A stretch of DNA of 64,000 bases from an uncultured Actinomycetota bacterium (GCA_963753435.1 CAVWCF010000001.1:416001-480000), one strand, 5' to 3'. Shown: positions 1 to 9,864, counted from the first letter of the stretch. Program-made: numbers and translations. Notes: generated by a model not told the origin, from the sequence alone.

Positions 1-1123
1 CCTCGACGACCGGATGGCCGGGCGTTACGACCGTGTCGTAAACGGCTTCGATCCGGGCCGCGATTCGGGTCCAGTCGTACTGCTGGACCACCGCCCCCGC
101 TTCCTGGGCCAAGGCGGCTCGAGCCGTCGGGTCGCGAAGCAACTCGATCAGTGCCACCGCCAGCGCCGCCGAATCCCCCACCGGCGCGAGGCGTCCGGCG
201 GCGCCGTCGTTCAGGACGAGCCGGAATGCCTCGATGTCCGAGGCGCACACGGTGGCTCCAGCCGCCATCGCCTCCAGGAGGATGATCCCGAAGGACTCTC
301 CGCCCTTGTTCGGGGCGACATAGACGTCAACCGATGCCAGGAGCGCGGCTTTGTCCGTTTCGGAGACCAGACCGAGGTATTCGATTCGCTCCCGCAAATG
401 CGGGGCAACCGACCCGAATGCCTCCTCCGGGTCCCCCGGTCCGGCGACCAAGAGTTGAACGTCGGGGATCTCCTGCTGGATGCGCGGAAGGGCGTCCAGG
501 AGCACCGACAGGCCCTTGCGAGGCTCATCGATTCGACCCAGAAAGCCGAGCCGATTACCGATCCCGCGGCCGTGCCCGGGAAGCGGGGCGGCATCCGCGT
601 AGTGGCTCACCGTCACGCCGTTCGGGATCAAGACCGCATCTCCGCCGACGTTCTCCACGAGCGTCTCGCGAGCCCGATCGCTGACCGCGATGCGGGCCCG
701 GATCTTGTCCATCGGCCCGTCCAGATAGGGGGCGGCAGCGGAGTAGGCGCGTGACCGTTCCGCGGACATGTGGAAGGTGCCGACGATGGGACCGAGCGCG
801 GCGTAGCAGGCCAGCAGCGTGACGCTCGGCGACATGGGCTCGTGCAGGTGCAGCACGTCGAACTCACCATCGCGAATCCAGCGGCGCACGCGGGCCGCCG
901 GGCGTGGACCAAGCGCGATTCGGGCAACCGAACCGTTGTATGGCAGCCCCAGCGATCTACCCGCCGGAACCAGGTATTCGGGCAAGTCCGCATCCGGGTC
1001 AGCAGGGGCCAGGACTGACACCTCGTGGCCGAACTGCTGCAGGTGTTCAGCCAGATCGCGGATGTGTGCCTGGACACCGCCCGGCGTCGACCAGTCGTAG
1101 GGGCAGACCAGCCCGACCCTCAT
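1..1123 (-). CDS. pimA: Phosphatidyl-myo-inositol mannosyltransferase (GT4), 3' end outside window
   Basis: Not in the ORF track because it runs off the edge. ATG at 1123 overlaps the upstream TGA (ATGA). Reads MRVGLVCPYDWSTPGGVQAH... and later ESFGIILLEAMA, the GT4/PimA signature. pgsA-patA-pimA synteny. Confidence 0.9.
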   Translation of the reverse strand, partial: MRVGLVCPYDWSTPGGVQAHIRDLAEHLQQFGHEVSVLAPADPDADLPEYLVPAGRSLGLPYNGSVARIALGPRPAARVRRWIRDGEFDVLHLHEPMSPSVTLLACYAALGPIVGTFHMSAERSRAYSAAAPYLDGPMDKIRARIAVSDRARETLVENVGGDAVLIPNGVTVSHYADAAPLPGHGRGIGNRLGFLGRIDEPRKGLSVLLDALPRIQQEIPDVQLLVAGPGDPEEAFGSVAPHLRERIEYLGLVSETDKAALLASVDVYVAPNKGGESFGIILLEAMAAGATVCASDIEAFRLVLNDGAAGRLAPVGDSAALAVALIELLRDPTARAALAQEAGAVVQQYDWTRIAARIEAVYDTVVTPGHPVVE

Positions 1124-2049
1124 TCCGGACTCCCGGCCACCCCGGACGCGGAGTCGCCAACCCAGATCCGCTGCAGCATGTGCCAGTCGGCGGTGTGTGC
1201 AGCGATGTCGGCGGCGAACGCATCAGCGGTCTGCTGAACCAGGTCCTCGGTTCTTTCCTTGTCCGAAGCGTCGGGGCCCACCCGGGAACTCAACGGTTCG
1301 TGGATGCAACCCCCGAGCCCCTCGTCCTCGTACCAGAGACCGACCGGGTGCAAGGGGGCGCCGGTTGCCACGGCCAGTGCCGCCGGGCCGGGGGGCATGC
1401 GCGCCTTGCCGTCGAAGAAGTCCACCTCCACGCCGGATTTCGACAGATCCCGATCGGCCACCAGCGCAACCACCCCGCCGCTGCGCAACCGCTCCGACAA
1501 GGCGTTGAACACCGGGGTACTGCCACCGCTCAACGGCAGGATCTCCAAGCCCATCGACTCCCGGTAGGCGACGAACCGGTCGAACAGAGACTCCGGCTTC
1601 AGGCGTTCGGCCACGGACATCAGCCGACCCTCGAAGCGATCGCCGTAGGCCAGGGTGAACCACGCGCCAGCAGAATCCCAGTTGCCCATGTGCGGCAACG
1701 CCAGCACCGCGCCCTTACCGGCGCCCAGCGATTCCAGTAGGCCTTCGGCGCCGGCGGGGTGGACGCGTTCCAGGATCGTCTCCGGAGATGTGGACGGCAG
1801 CCTGAACACCTCGCACCAGTAGCGAAAGTAGCGACGCATGCCCTCACGGGTCAGTTCCTGCAGTTCGTCGGCGTCCAAGTCCGGATGAACGCGGCTGTAG
1901 TTCGAGCGGAGCCGCTGTACGCCCCGGCCGTCCCGCTCGGTGGCCCGGTCCGCGAACGAGCGGAAGAACGACAGGGCCACCGGTTCGGGCATATAGCGGA
2001 CAGCCTTCCAACCCGACGCGTAGGCGAGGTCAACCAGTGAACTGCTCAT
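1120..2049 (-). CDS. patA: Phosphatidylinositol mannoside acyltransferase
   Basis: HMGNWD (HX4D) motif, VAERLKPE, ADRDL; lies between pgsA and pimA. Confidence 0.9.
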   Translation of the reverse strand: MSSSLVDLAYASGWKAVRYMPEPVALSFFRSFADRATERDGRGVQRLRSNYSRVHPDLDADELQELTREGMRRYFRYWCEVFRLPSTSPETILERVHPAGAEGLLESLGAGKGAVLALPHMGNWDSAGAWFTLAYGDRFEGRLMSVAERLKPESLFDRFVAYRESMGLEILPLSGGSTPVFNALSERLRSGGVVALVADRDLSKSGVEVDFFDGKARMPPGPAALAVATGAPLHPVGLWYEDEGLGGCIHEPLSSRVGPDASDKERTEDLVQQTADAFAADIAAHTADWHMLQRIWVGDSASGVAGSPE

Positions 2050-2053
2050 CGGC

Positions 2054-2656
2054 TCAGCCAGCGGCCTGTCGCCGCACGTGCCAGACGCGCTGCCCGAAGG
2101 TCACCCAGGTGCCAATCGCCAGGACCCAGAGCGCGCCCGGCAACAGGTACGGGACGCCGAGCCCGAAGAAGAACGCAGCTGCGAGCAACAAGACCAGCCG
2201 CTCGGTCCGCTCAGCCAAGCCGACCGTGGCGTTCAAACCCAGACCTTCGGCGCGAGCCCGTGCGTAGGAGACCAAGAGGGCCCCGACGAGAGCAGCCAGG
2301 GCAACCGCGCTCATGGTGGTGTCGCCCTCGTTGACGTAATACAGCACGAAGGACCCAAAGACGGCCGCATCGGAGACCCGATCCAGAGTGGAGTCCAAGT
2401 AGGCGCCCCACTGGCTGGACCGCCCGGACAGCCGGGCCATCGTGCCGTCCAGTGTGTCGGAGAACACGAACAGCACCATCACCAGAACGCCGGCCACGAA
2501 CTGGCCCCGCGGGATGAACCACAGCGCGCTTGCCGACAGCCCAACAGTGCCCACGACGGTCACAGCGTCCGGCGACACTCGTGCCGCCAACAGCATGCGC
2601 GCCGGCGGGGTGAGGATGCGGTTGGCCGCCGCCTTGCTGTAGCGGCTGAACACCAT
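2054..2656 (-). CDS. pgsA: Phosphatidylinositol phosphate synthase (CDP-alcohol phosphatidyltransferase)
   Basis: DTLDGTMAR...GAYLDSTLDR motif; ATG at 2656 with GGAGGG RBS. Confidence 0.9.
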   Translation of the reverse strand: MVFSRYSKAAANRILTPPARMLLAARVSPDAVTVVGTVGLSASALWFIPRGQFVAGVLVMVLFVFSDTLDGTMARLSGRSSQWGAYLDSTLDRVSDAAVFGSFVLYYVNEGDTTMSAVALAALVGALLVSYARARAEGLGLNATVGLAERTERLVLLLAAAFFFGLGVPYLLPGALWVLAIGTWVTFGQRVWHVRRQAAG

Positions 2657-2768
2657 GGCCGAATCCCTCCTCGCGGTCGCGTCAGGGTAGCGACGGATCC
2701 GTGTGTTCCCCTTGCCCCGCGCCCGGTGCGGCGCGAGGGTTTGATCAGTCGACACTAGGGAGATAGTC

Positions 2769-4907
2769 ATGGCGCAGCCCAAGGCAGGTGATGCCGGGCC
2801 GGAGGTGGACTCCCCGTCCCGGATCCGCAACGTGGTGTTGGTGGGCCATTCCTCCGCCGGCAAGACCACGTTGGTCGAGCAACTGCTCGCTGCGACCGGG
2901 ACGATCAATCGGGCCGGGCAGGTCGAGGACGGCACAACCGTGACGGACTTCGACGAGTCAGAGCACAAGCAGCAGCGGTCGGTGAACTTGGCGCTGGCCC
3001 CGATGGTCATCGACGGCATCAAGGTGAACCTGCTGGACACGCCCGGGTACGGCGACTTCGTCGGCGAGCTGCGGGCCGGACTACGCGCCGCCGACGCCGC
3101 CCTGTTCGTTGTCAGCGCGGTCGACGGAGTGGATGGGACGACGACGCTGCTGTGGGATGAGTGCGCGGCCGTCGGGATGCCCAGGGCCGTCGTGGTGACC
3201 CATCTGGACCAGCCCCGCGCCGACTTCGATGAGACCGTGGCCGTTTGCCAGCGCGTGTTCGGTGAGGGCGTGCAGCCGCTGTACCTGCCACTGGCCGGTG
3301 ATGACGACACCATTGCGGGCCTGGTGTCACTGCTCTCATTGCAGGTGATCGACTACTCATCCGGGTCGCGGGCGACGCGGGATGCCGACCCCGAACACGT
3401 CTCGCTGACAGAGTCGATCCGCAATTCCCTGATCGAAGGCATCATCGCCGAGAGCGAAGACGAGACGTTGATGGATCGCTACCTGGCTGGCGAGCCCGTC
3501 GATGTGGACACCCTCATCACCGACCTGGAGAAGGCGGTCGCACGCGGCTCCTTCCACCCCGTCATCGCCGCCTGCCCGCCCCGCGGCATCGGCCTGACCG
3601 AACTAGCCGAGGTGATCACCCGCGGTTTCCCGTCCCCACTGGAGCACCCGCTGCCGGCGGTCACGACAGTGTCCGGACAGCCGCGCGAACCGCTCTCATG
3701 TGACGTTGATGGCCCGTTGTTGGCCGAGATCGTCAAGACCACATCGGACCCGTACGTCGGCCGCTTGTCGCTGGTGCGCGTCTTCAGCGGGCGGCTCGAA
3801 CCGGAATCGATCGTCCACGTTTCCGGACACCTGGCGACGTTCGCCGGCGCCGAACGCGGGCATGACGACCACGACGAGGACGAGCGCGTCGGGACATTGT
3901 CCAGCCCGCTCGGTAAGACCCAGCGCAACGTCAGCGCCGCGATCGCCGGCGACGTCGTGGCGGTGGCCAAGCTGTCTCGAGCCGAAACCGGTGACACGTT
4001 GTCCAGCAAGGACGAACCGCTACTGATGGAACCGTGGGTGCTGCCGGATCCCTTGCTTCCGGTGGCGATCGTGGCTGCCTCCAAGGCCGACGAGGACAAG
4101 TTGAGTCAGGCACTCAAGCGACTGGTTGCTGAGGACCCGACCTTGCGCCTGGAGCGCAACGCCGAGACGCACCAACTGGTCCTTTGGACCATGGGTGAGG
4201 CGCACATCGACGTCCTCCTGTCGCGGCTGGCCGATCGGTACGGGGTGCACGTGGAGTCCGTGCCGCTGCGGGTCTCCTTGCGGGAGACCTTCGCGGCGCC
4301 CGCGACCGGCCATGGTCGCCACGTCAAGCAGTCCGGCGGTCACGGCCAGTACGCGATCTGTGAGATCGAGGTGACCCCGCTGCCGGAGGGGGGCGGTTTC
4401 GAATTCGTCGACAAGGTGGTCGGCGGGTCCGTGCCACGGCAGTTCATCCCTTCGGTGGAGAAGGGGGTCCGCGCCCAAATGGAGAAAGGGGTGTCAGCCG
4501 GTTATCCGGTGGTGGACATCCGGGTCACCCTTGTTGATGGCAAAGCACACTCGGTCGATTCCTCCGACATGGCCTTTCAGATGGCCGGGGGTTTGGCGCT
4601 GCGCGAGGCGGCCGCGGACGCGGGTGTGACGTTGCTGGAGCCGGTGGACGAGGTCGCGGTGCTGATCGATGACGAGTACGTCGGCTCGATCATGAGTGAT
4701 CTGTCCGGTCGCCGTGGACGAGTGACCGGCACCGAACCGGGCGGAAACGGCCGCAGCCTGGTGCGCGCCGACGTACCGGCCACGGAACTGAGCCGGTACG
4801 CGATCGACCTGCGGTCCATGTCGCACGGGACCGGCTCGTTCACCCGGACCTATGTGCGCCATGAGGCCATGCCCAGCCACATCGCCGCCAAACTCACCGC
4901 GGACTGA
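2769..4907 (+). CDS. fusA2: Elongation factor G-like protein EF-G2
   Basis: GHSSAGKT P-loop, DTPG, KQSGGHGQY and HSVDSS EF-G motifs; typical actinobacterial location beside pgsA/HIT. Confidence 0.88.
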   Translation: MAQPKAGDAGPEVDSPSRIRNVVLVGHSSAGKTTLVEQLLAATGTINRAGQVEDGTTVTDFDESEHKQQRSVNLALAPMVIDGIKVNLLDTPGYGDFVGELRAGLRAADAALFVVSAVDGVDGTTTLLWDECAAVGMPRAVVVTHLDQPRADFDETVAVCQRVFGEGVQPLYLPLAGDDDTIAGLVSLLSLQVIDYSSGSRATRDADPEHVSLTESIRNSLIEGIIAESEDETLMDRYLAGEPVDVDTLITDLEKAVARGSFHPVIAACPPRGIGLTELAEVITRGFPSPLEHPLPAVTTVSGQPREPLSCDVDGPLLAEIVKTTSDPYVGRLSLVRVFSGRLEPESIVHVSGHLATFAGAERGHDDHDEDERVGTLSSPLGKTQRNVSAAIAGDVVAVAKLSRAETGDTLSSKDEPLLMEPWVLPDPLLPVAIVAASKADEDKLSQALKRLVAEDPTLRLERNAETHQLVLWTMGEAHIDVLLSRLADRYGVHVESVPLRVSLRETFAAPATGHGRHVKQSGGHGQYAICEIEVTPLPEGGGFEFVDKVVGGSVPRQFIPSVEKGVRAQMEKGVSAGYPVVDIRVTLVDGKAHSVDSSDMAFQMAGGLALREAAADAGVTLLEPVDEVAVLIDDEYVGSIMSDLSGRRGRVTGTEPGGNGRSLVRADVPATELSRYAIDLRSMSHGTGSFTRTYVRHEAMPSHIAAKLTAD

Positions 4908-4942
4908 CGGCCGGTCGCCCGGGGACGGCTCGAACCAGCGGT

Positions 4943-5455
4943 TCAGCCCCAGGCTTGGGCCAGCACCCGCCGCGTGTCGGGGAGCAACTCGGGAAGCACC
5001 TTGGTCCCGCCGACGGTCGGCATGAAGTTGGTGTCGCCGTGCCAGCGAGGCACGACGTGCTGATGCAGGTGCGCCGCAATGCCGGCGCCACCGGCGCTGC
5101 CCTGGTTGACGCCCAGGTTGAAGCCCTGCGGGTTGGCGACGGCGCGTAGTACCGCCATCGCGCGTTGAGTGAACACGCCCAACTCCACCAGTTCCGGTTC
5201 GGTCAACTCGGTGAAGTCAGCGACGTGCCGGTAGGGGCAGATCATCACGTGGCCGGTGTTGTACGGGTAAAGGTTCAGCACGCAGTAGACGTGCTCGCCG
5301 CGGGCGACGACCAAGCCGTCCTCGTCGGCACCGCCAGGCGCCCGACAGAACGGGCAGCCGTCACCTGCGGCTGCGTCGGCCGGCTTGTTCTCTCCTTTGA
5401 GGTAGGCCATGCGGTGCGGCGTCCAAAGACGCTCGAACCCGGGGCCCTCGGACAT
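4943..5455 (-). CDS. HIT-family protein (Ap4A phosphorylase-like)
   Basis: HLHQHVVPRW triad, LNLYPYNTGH; downstream of thrS. Confidence 0.88.
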   Translation of the reverse strand: MSEGPGFERLWTPHRMAYLKGENKPADAAAGDGCPFCRAPGGADEDGLVVARGEHVYCVLNLYPYNTGHVMICPYRHVADFTELTEPELVELGVFTQRAMAVLRAVANPQGFNLGVNQGSAGGAGIAAHLHQHVVPRWHGDTNFMPTVGGTKVLPELLPDTRRVLAQAWG

Positions 5456-7461
5456 CAGACCTGCTGCCGCTGCTGGACTGCGGCGGCCATCTCGGCGATC
5501 GCATCGGCAATGGGAACCCCGTTGCGCTGCGTGCCGTCCCGGAACCGGAACGAAACCGCTCCGGCGGCGACGTCGGCGTCACCGGCAATCAGCATCCACG
5601 GCACCTTCTGCTTCTGGGCATTGCGGATCTTCTTCTGCATCCGGTCATCGGAGGAGTCGACCTCCATCCGCAACCCCAACTCGCGCAGGCGGTCCCGAAT
5701 CCCGACCAGGTACTCGACGTGCTCGTCGGTGATGGGGATCCCCATGGCCTGCACTGGTGCCAACCATGGCGGGAACGCCCCGGCATAGTGCTCGGTGAGC
5801 ACGGCGATGAAACGTTCAACAGAGCCGAAGAGCGCCCGGTGGATCATGATCGGCCGCTGCCTGGTCCCGTCAGCGGCCTGATACTGCAGGTCGAAGCGCT
5901 GGGGCAACTGGAAGTCCAGTTGGATCGTCGACATCTGCCACGTGCGGCCGATGGCGTCCTTGGCCTGCACCGAGATCTTCGGTCCGTAGAAGGCCGCGCC
6001 CCCCGGATCCGGGACAAGGTCCAGGCCGGACTCGTCAGCGGCCTGTTGCAGGGCGTCGGTGGCGGCCTCCCACTCAGCGATCTCTCCGACGTACTTCTCC
6101 TCGTTGCGGGTCGACAGTTCCAGGTAGAAGTCGGTGAGCCCGTAGTCGGTGAGCAGGTCGAGCACGAACCGCAGAGTCGACTTCAACTCGTCGACCATCT
6201 GATCGCGCGTGCAGTAGATGTGCGCGTCGTCCTGGGTCATCCCCCGGACCCGGGTCAGGCCGTGCACAACGCCGGACTTCTCGTACCGGTAGACCGAACC
6301 GAACTCGAACAGCCGCAGCGGCAGTTCGCGGTAGGAGCGACCGCGGGACGCGAAGACCAGGTTGTGGAAGGGACAGTTCATCGGCTTGAGGTAGTAGTCC
6401 TGGCCGGGCTTGCGCAGTTCCCCGTCCGGGCCGCGCTCGGCGTCCAAGTGCATCGGCGGGTACATGCCATCGGCGTACCACTGCAGGTGCCCACTGGTCT
6501 CGAACAGGGCGGCCTTGGTGATGTGCGGGGTGTACACGAACTCGTAGCCGGCGGCCTCGTGGCGAGAACGCGAGTAGTCCTCCATCGTGCGGCGCAGAAG
6601 CCCACCCCTGGGGTGGAAGACCGCAAGCCCGGATCCGATCTCGTCGGGGAAACTGAACAGGTCCAGCTCCACGCCCAGGCGGCGGTGGTCGCGACGTTCG
6701 GCCTCCTTGAGCATCTCCAGGTAGGCGCCGAGTTCCTCGGTGGACGGCCACGCCGTGCCGTAGATGCGCTGCAACTGCGGGTTGTCCTGAGACCCGCGCC
6801 AGTACGCGGCCGCCGTGCGCATCAGCGCGAACGCGGGGATGTGCTTGGTGCTTGGCAGGTGGGGGCCGCGGCACAGGTCCCCCCATTCCCGTTCCCCGGT
6901 GCGCCCATGCAAGTTGTCGTAGATGGTGAGTTCGCTGCCGCCGACCTCCATCACGTCACCGAGGTCGGTGTCGGCCGGCGCGGACTTCAGCCCGATCAGT
7001 TCCAGTTTGTACGGCTCAGCGGCCAGTTCCGCCTGTGCCTCGGCTTCGCTGACCACCCGCCGGGAGAAGCGCTGACCGGACTTGACGATCTGCTTCATGC
7101 GCTTGTCGAGGCGCTTGAGATCGTCGGGGTGGAACGGCTCCGAAACATCGAAGTCGTAGTAGAAGCCGTTCTCGATGGGCGGTCCGATGCCCAACTTTGC
7201 GTCGGGGAAGATGTCCTGAACGGCCTGCGCGAGCACGTGGGCACAGGAGTGGCGCAGCACCGCCAGACCGTCCGGCGAATCGATGGTGACGCCCTCTACG
7301 ACGTCACCCGCCGAAACCGGAGAACTCAGGTCCCGCAGTTCACCATTGACCCGCGCCACGACCACATCAGCGCGGTCCGCGAACAGGTCGGCGGCCGACG
7401 CGTCATCCGATGGCACTGGGCGGCTGTCTCCGTCAACTGTCAGCACGCCCTGCTGCGACAA
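5455..7461 (-). CDS. thrS: Threonine--tRNA ligase
   Basis: RHSCAH, DLCRGPH, KPMNCP and GLTRVR motifs; TTG start with GGAGG RBS. Confidence 0.97.
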   Translation of the reverse strand: MSQQGVLTVDGDSRPVPSDDASAADLFADRADVVVARVNGELRDLSSPVSAGDVVEGVTIDSPDGLAVLRHSCAHVLAQAVQDIFPDAKLGIGPPIENGFYYDFDVSEPFHPDDLKRLDKRMKQIVKSGQRFSRRVVSEAEAQAELAAEPYKLELIGLKSAPADTDLGDVMEVGGSELTIYDNLHGRTGEREWGDLCRGPHLPSTKHIPAFALMRTAAAYWRGSQDNPQLQRIYGTAWPSTEELGAYLEMLKEAERRDHRRLGVELDLFSFPDEIGSGLAVFHPRGGLLRRTMEDYSRSRHEAAGYEFVYTPHITKAALFETSGHLQWYADGMYPPMHLDAERGPDGELRKPGQDYYLKPMNCPFHNLVFASRGRSYRELPLRLFEFGSVYRYEKSGVVHGLTRVRGMTQDDAHIYCTRDQMVDELKSTLRFVLDLLTDYGLTDFYLELSTRNEEKYVGEIAEWEAATDALQQAADESGLDLVPDPGGAAFYGPKISVQAKDAIGRTWQMSTIQLDFQLPQRFDLQYQAADGTRQRPIMIHRALFGSVERFIAVLTEHYAGAFPPWLAPVQAMGIPITDEHVEYLVGIRDRLRELGLRMEVDSSDDRMQKKIRNAQKQKVPWMLIAGDADVAAGAVSFRFRDGTQRNGVPIADAIAEMAAAVQQRQQV

Positions 7462-7543
7462 GCTTCCTCCCGAGTCCGCACAACTCCGCGGATGCTACCG
7501 ACTGCGGCAACACCCACGGAGCCAGCGCAGATCCGGCTGCGAA

Positions 7544-7999
7544 CTACTTGGTCCGCTTCTTGAAGGGCTTGGTGATTACGCCAAGTCCCTTGCTTACGGC
7601 CTTGGAGGCCTGGGTCGCCGCACTGTCGGACATGTGCGTGACCGCGTGGATCGCTGCGGCGTGCCGCTTCTTCATCGCGCTGGTGGCGCCCTCAGGCAAC
7701 CCGAAACCGGACAGGACCTCGAAGGAGGTGCCGCCGACGGCAACCGTGGCCTCTTCGATGGCACCAAGGCTGGACCGGTAGGCCCGCAACAGCGCGCCGG
7801 CCTTCTCCGGGGGTGCCTCGGCGACGGTCACCGGCTTGCTGGAGACGGTCGTCTTCGGCGTCGGGGCCTTCTTGGTTGCGGTCCGCTTCGGTGCCGCGGC
7901 CCGCTTCGTCGTGGTGGTCTTGCGCGGCTTGGTGGTTGATTGTGAGCGCGGCTTGGCGGCGGTCTTGCGAGTCGTCTTCTTCGCAGTCGTAGTCGCCAT
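7544..7999 (-). CDS. Hypothetical basic protein with Lys/Thr/Ala-rich histone-like N-terminus
   Basis: ATG at 7999 preceded by GGAGGT; MATTTAKKTTRKTAAKPR... low-complexity basic region followed by a likely helical domain. Confidence 0.75.
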   Translation of the reverse strand: MATTTAKKTTRKTAAKPRSQSTTKPRKTTTTKRAAAPKRTATKKAPTPKTTVSSKPVTVAEAPPEKAGALLRAYRSSLGAIEEATVAVGGTSFEVLSGFGLPEGATSAMKKRHAAAIHAVTHMSDSAATQASKAVSKGLGVITKPFKKRTK

Positions 8000-8126
8000 G
8001 TCGTCACCTCCCAACTGCTTGGCGGACGGTCGCTCCGTCCAACCCCTGTCTACCTTGTGAGTGAACAGTTGTCCACCCAAATTCGGGGGCCGGAAGTCCT
8101 CTCTTTGCGCATTTGGTCCCACCACA

Positions 8127-8161
8127 AGAACCAAGAAACCGGCTCCGCAGAGCCGGTCTTG
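8127..8161 (-). terminator. Probable intrinsic terminator after tRNA-Val(CAC)
   Basis: Stem ACCGGCTC/GAGCCGGT with a 4-nt loop, followed on the minus strand by a T-rich tail. Confidence 0.65.
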
Positions 8162-8179
8162 AGGGGAGTGTCGCGAAGG

Positions 8180-8254
8180 TGGTGGGCGATACTGGGTTCG
8201 AACCAGTGACCTCTTCGGTGTGAACGAAGCGCTCTCCCACTGAGCTAATCGCCC
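8180..8254 (-). tRNA. tRNA-Val (anticodon CAC)
   Basis: GGGCGATTAGCTCAG...CTTCG-TTCACAC-CGAAG...GGTTCGAACCC...ATCGCCCACCA cloverleaf with encoded CCA. Confidence 0.97.
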
Positions 8255-8290
8255 GAGCAGGCGGTGAGGCTACCCGAAACCGCCGCGGTG

Positions 8291-8728
8291 CTACTCAAAC
8301 GGCCACAGCGGAGCCAGCGTCAGGCCGTATCGGGCCAGGTACCACCACAGGAGCAGCCCGAGCAGCACCGCCGCAACCACGCTGCCCACGATGATCCGAA
8401 CCCGATTCTTGCGCCGCCACTGCGGATCCGCCGAGCGCTGCTGCATGCGATGGAACCAGTCACGCAGCGGGTGCGTGACCCGGCGGGCGAAGGCGAACTC
8501 ACTGGCCAGGATTGCCAGGCCGATGAAGATGGTGGCCCAGCCGGGGCCGGGCAGCGCCAGCATCGCCAGACCGGCGACCAGGAAGAAGCCACCGAAGACC
8601 AAGACCCCCACCCGGTAGACCGGGCGAGTGACCGGATTGCCCCGAATTCCCTCCCGCCAAGCCTCAAAACGGGCCCGCAACCCCTCGGGAGGTCGCGCCT
8701 CGGCGTCGGTCGGCTCCCCCTGTGGCAC
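8291..8728 (-). CDS. TIGR02611/PGPGW-domain membrane protein
   Basis: LPGPGW motif, ILASEF, transmembrane segments; conserved next to tRNA-Val and ssgB. Confidence 0.85.
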   Translation of the reverse strand: MPQGEPTDAEARPPEGLRARFEAWREGIRGNPVTRPVYRVGVLVFGGFFLVAGLAMLALPGPGWATIFIGLAILASEFAFARRVTHPLRDWFHRMQQRSADPQWRRKNRVRIIVGSVVAAVLLGLLLWWYLARYGLTLAPLWPFE

Positions 8729-8804
8729 GCGTCACAGATTAGCGAGGTGTGTCGGTCCATCACTCGGGGAAGGACTGGGACAAGCCTGACCCCCGGAGGA
8801 ACCC

Positions 8805-9218
8805 ATGAGCGCATCGGCCTGGATGACGACTGAGACCCAGTTGTCTCTTGTCGTGGAACATGGCGACGCCGTCCCCGTTGACGCCGTACTGGGCTACGAC
8901 TCCGCCGACCCGTTCGCGGTGTCAGTGACGTTCCGCGTCTCCGCCGAAGAACAGGTCCGCTGGGTGTTCGCCCGCGAGCTGCTGATGGCCGGGCTGGACA
9001 ACCCGACCGGCCAGGGCGACGTGATGGTCTGGCCGGACGCGATCGACTCCGACGTCATCATCCTGTCGCTGACCACTCCGCAGGGACACGCACTCTTCGA
9101 GGCGCCCAGGTGGATCGTTCGCGACTTCGTCGAACAGTCCCTGGCCACGGTGCCGGCCGGCACCGAAGGCGACTACTTGGACTGGGACGGCACCTTGAGC
9201 ACGCTCCTCGCCACCTGA
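8805..9218 (+). CDS. ssgB: SsgA-family cell division/sporulation regulator, SsgB orthologue by synteny
   Basis: YDSADPFAV, VRWVFARELL, GQGDV.VWP and VPAGTE SsgA-family motifs; GGAGG RBS. Confidence 0.85.
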   Translation: MSASAWMTTETQLSLVVEHGDAVPVDAVLGYDSADPFAVSVTFRVSAEEQVRWVFARELLMAGLDNPTGQGDVMVWPDAIDSDVIILSLTTPQGHALFEAPRWIVRDFVEQSLATVPAGTEGDYLDWDGTLSTLLAT

Positions 9219-9279
9219 TCCGCCCGGAAAGTCAGCAAAAGCCCTTCCCGGAAAAGCCTCGGCACACGACAATGGACTC

Positions 9280-9849
9280 GTGGCCGACTTGGCTGCGCTG
9301 TTGGCAACGCCGCGGCGCGGAGAGTTCGACGTGTGGGTGGATGTGACTTCACCCGCGATGCACGATGCCCTGACGGTGGTGGATCTGGACGGCCGCCGCC
9401 ATGGCGGGCTCCCGTTCCGGTTCGAGGGTCAGCACCTCGTCCGCATGCGCCACCTTCCGGGCAACGAGTCGGCCCGCGCCATCGCCCAAGGCCTTGAGGC
9501 GGCACGCGCCTGGGCCCTGGAGCGCATGTCGGACGCCGACACCGTGGCGATGGACTATCACCTCACCTGGACCCTCGCGTTGGCGCTAGCTGAGCGGCCC
9601 GAGGCGGCAGCCAGCCGCGGGCTGCCGGAGTTGCTGGCGCTGGCCAACACTCAGGGCGACTGGCTGTCGGACTGGATCAGCGAGCACGCCCACTCGCCGG
9701 AGGTCAAGGCGATCGTGGACGCCGACCTGGCCGATGCCGCTGCGTTGAACCTGACCGCGGCTCCGGCCATCTGCATCAACGGCGGACCGTTGCCCGACTC
9801 CCCCGAGCCGGTCCCGGATCAGGTTCGGCGGCTGCTGACCAGCGCCTGA
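9280..9849 (+). CDS. DsbA/thioredoxin-fold protein lacking CXXC
   Basis: DVWVDVTSP at the CXXC position, MRHLP, AQGLEAA, VDADLADAAALNLTAAPAICING resemble the DsbA family; syntenic with a DsbA-like gene in relatives. Confidence 0.6.
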   Translation: MADLAALLATPRRGEFDVWVDVTSPAMHDALTVVDLDGRRHGGLPFRFEGQHLVRMRHLPGNESARAIAQGLEAARAWALERMSDADTVAMDYHLTWTLALALAERPEAAASRGLPELLALANTQGDWLSDWISEHAHSPEVKAIVDADLADAAALNLTAAPAICINGGPLPDSPEPVPDQVRRLLTSA

Positions 9850-9864
9850 TCCCAAGCCGAAGGC

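Noticed and set aside
7462-7543. Possible T-box or leader upstream of thrS
   Set aside because: Only ~80 bp and no T-box consensus visible.
5719-7563. Long antisense ORFs (614 aa here; similar ones opposite oleBC, the fatty-acid oxidation gene, dxs and acnA)
   Set aside because: Shadow ORFs expected from high-GC codon bias opposite real genes; no motifs or RBS.
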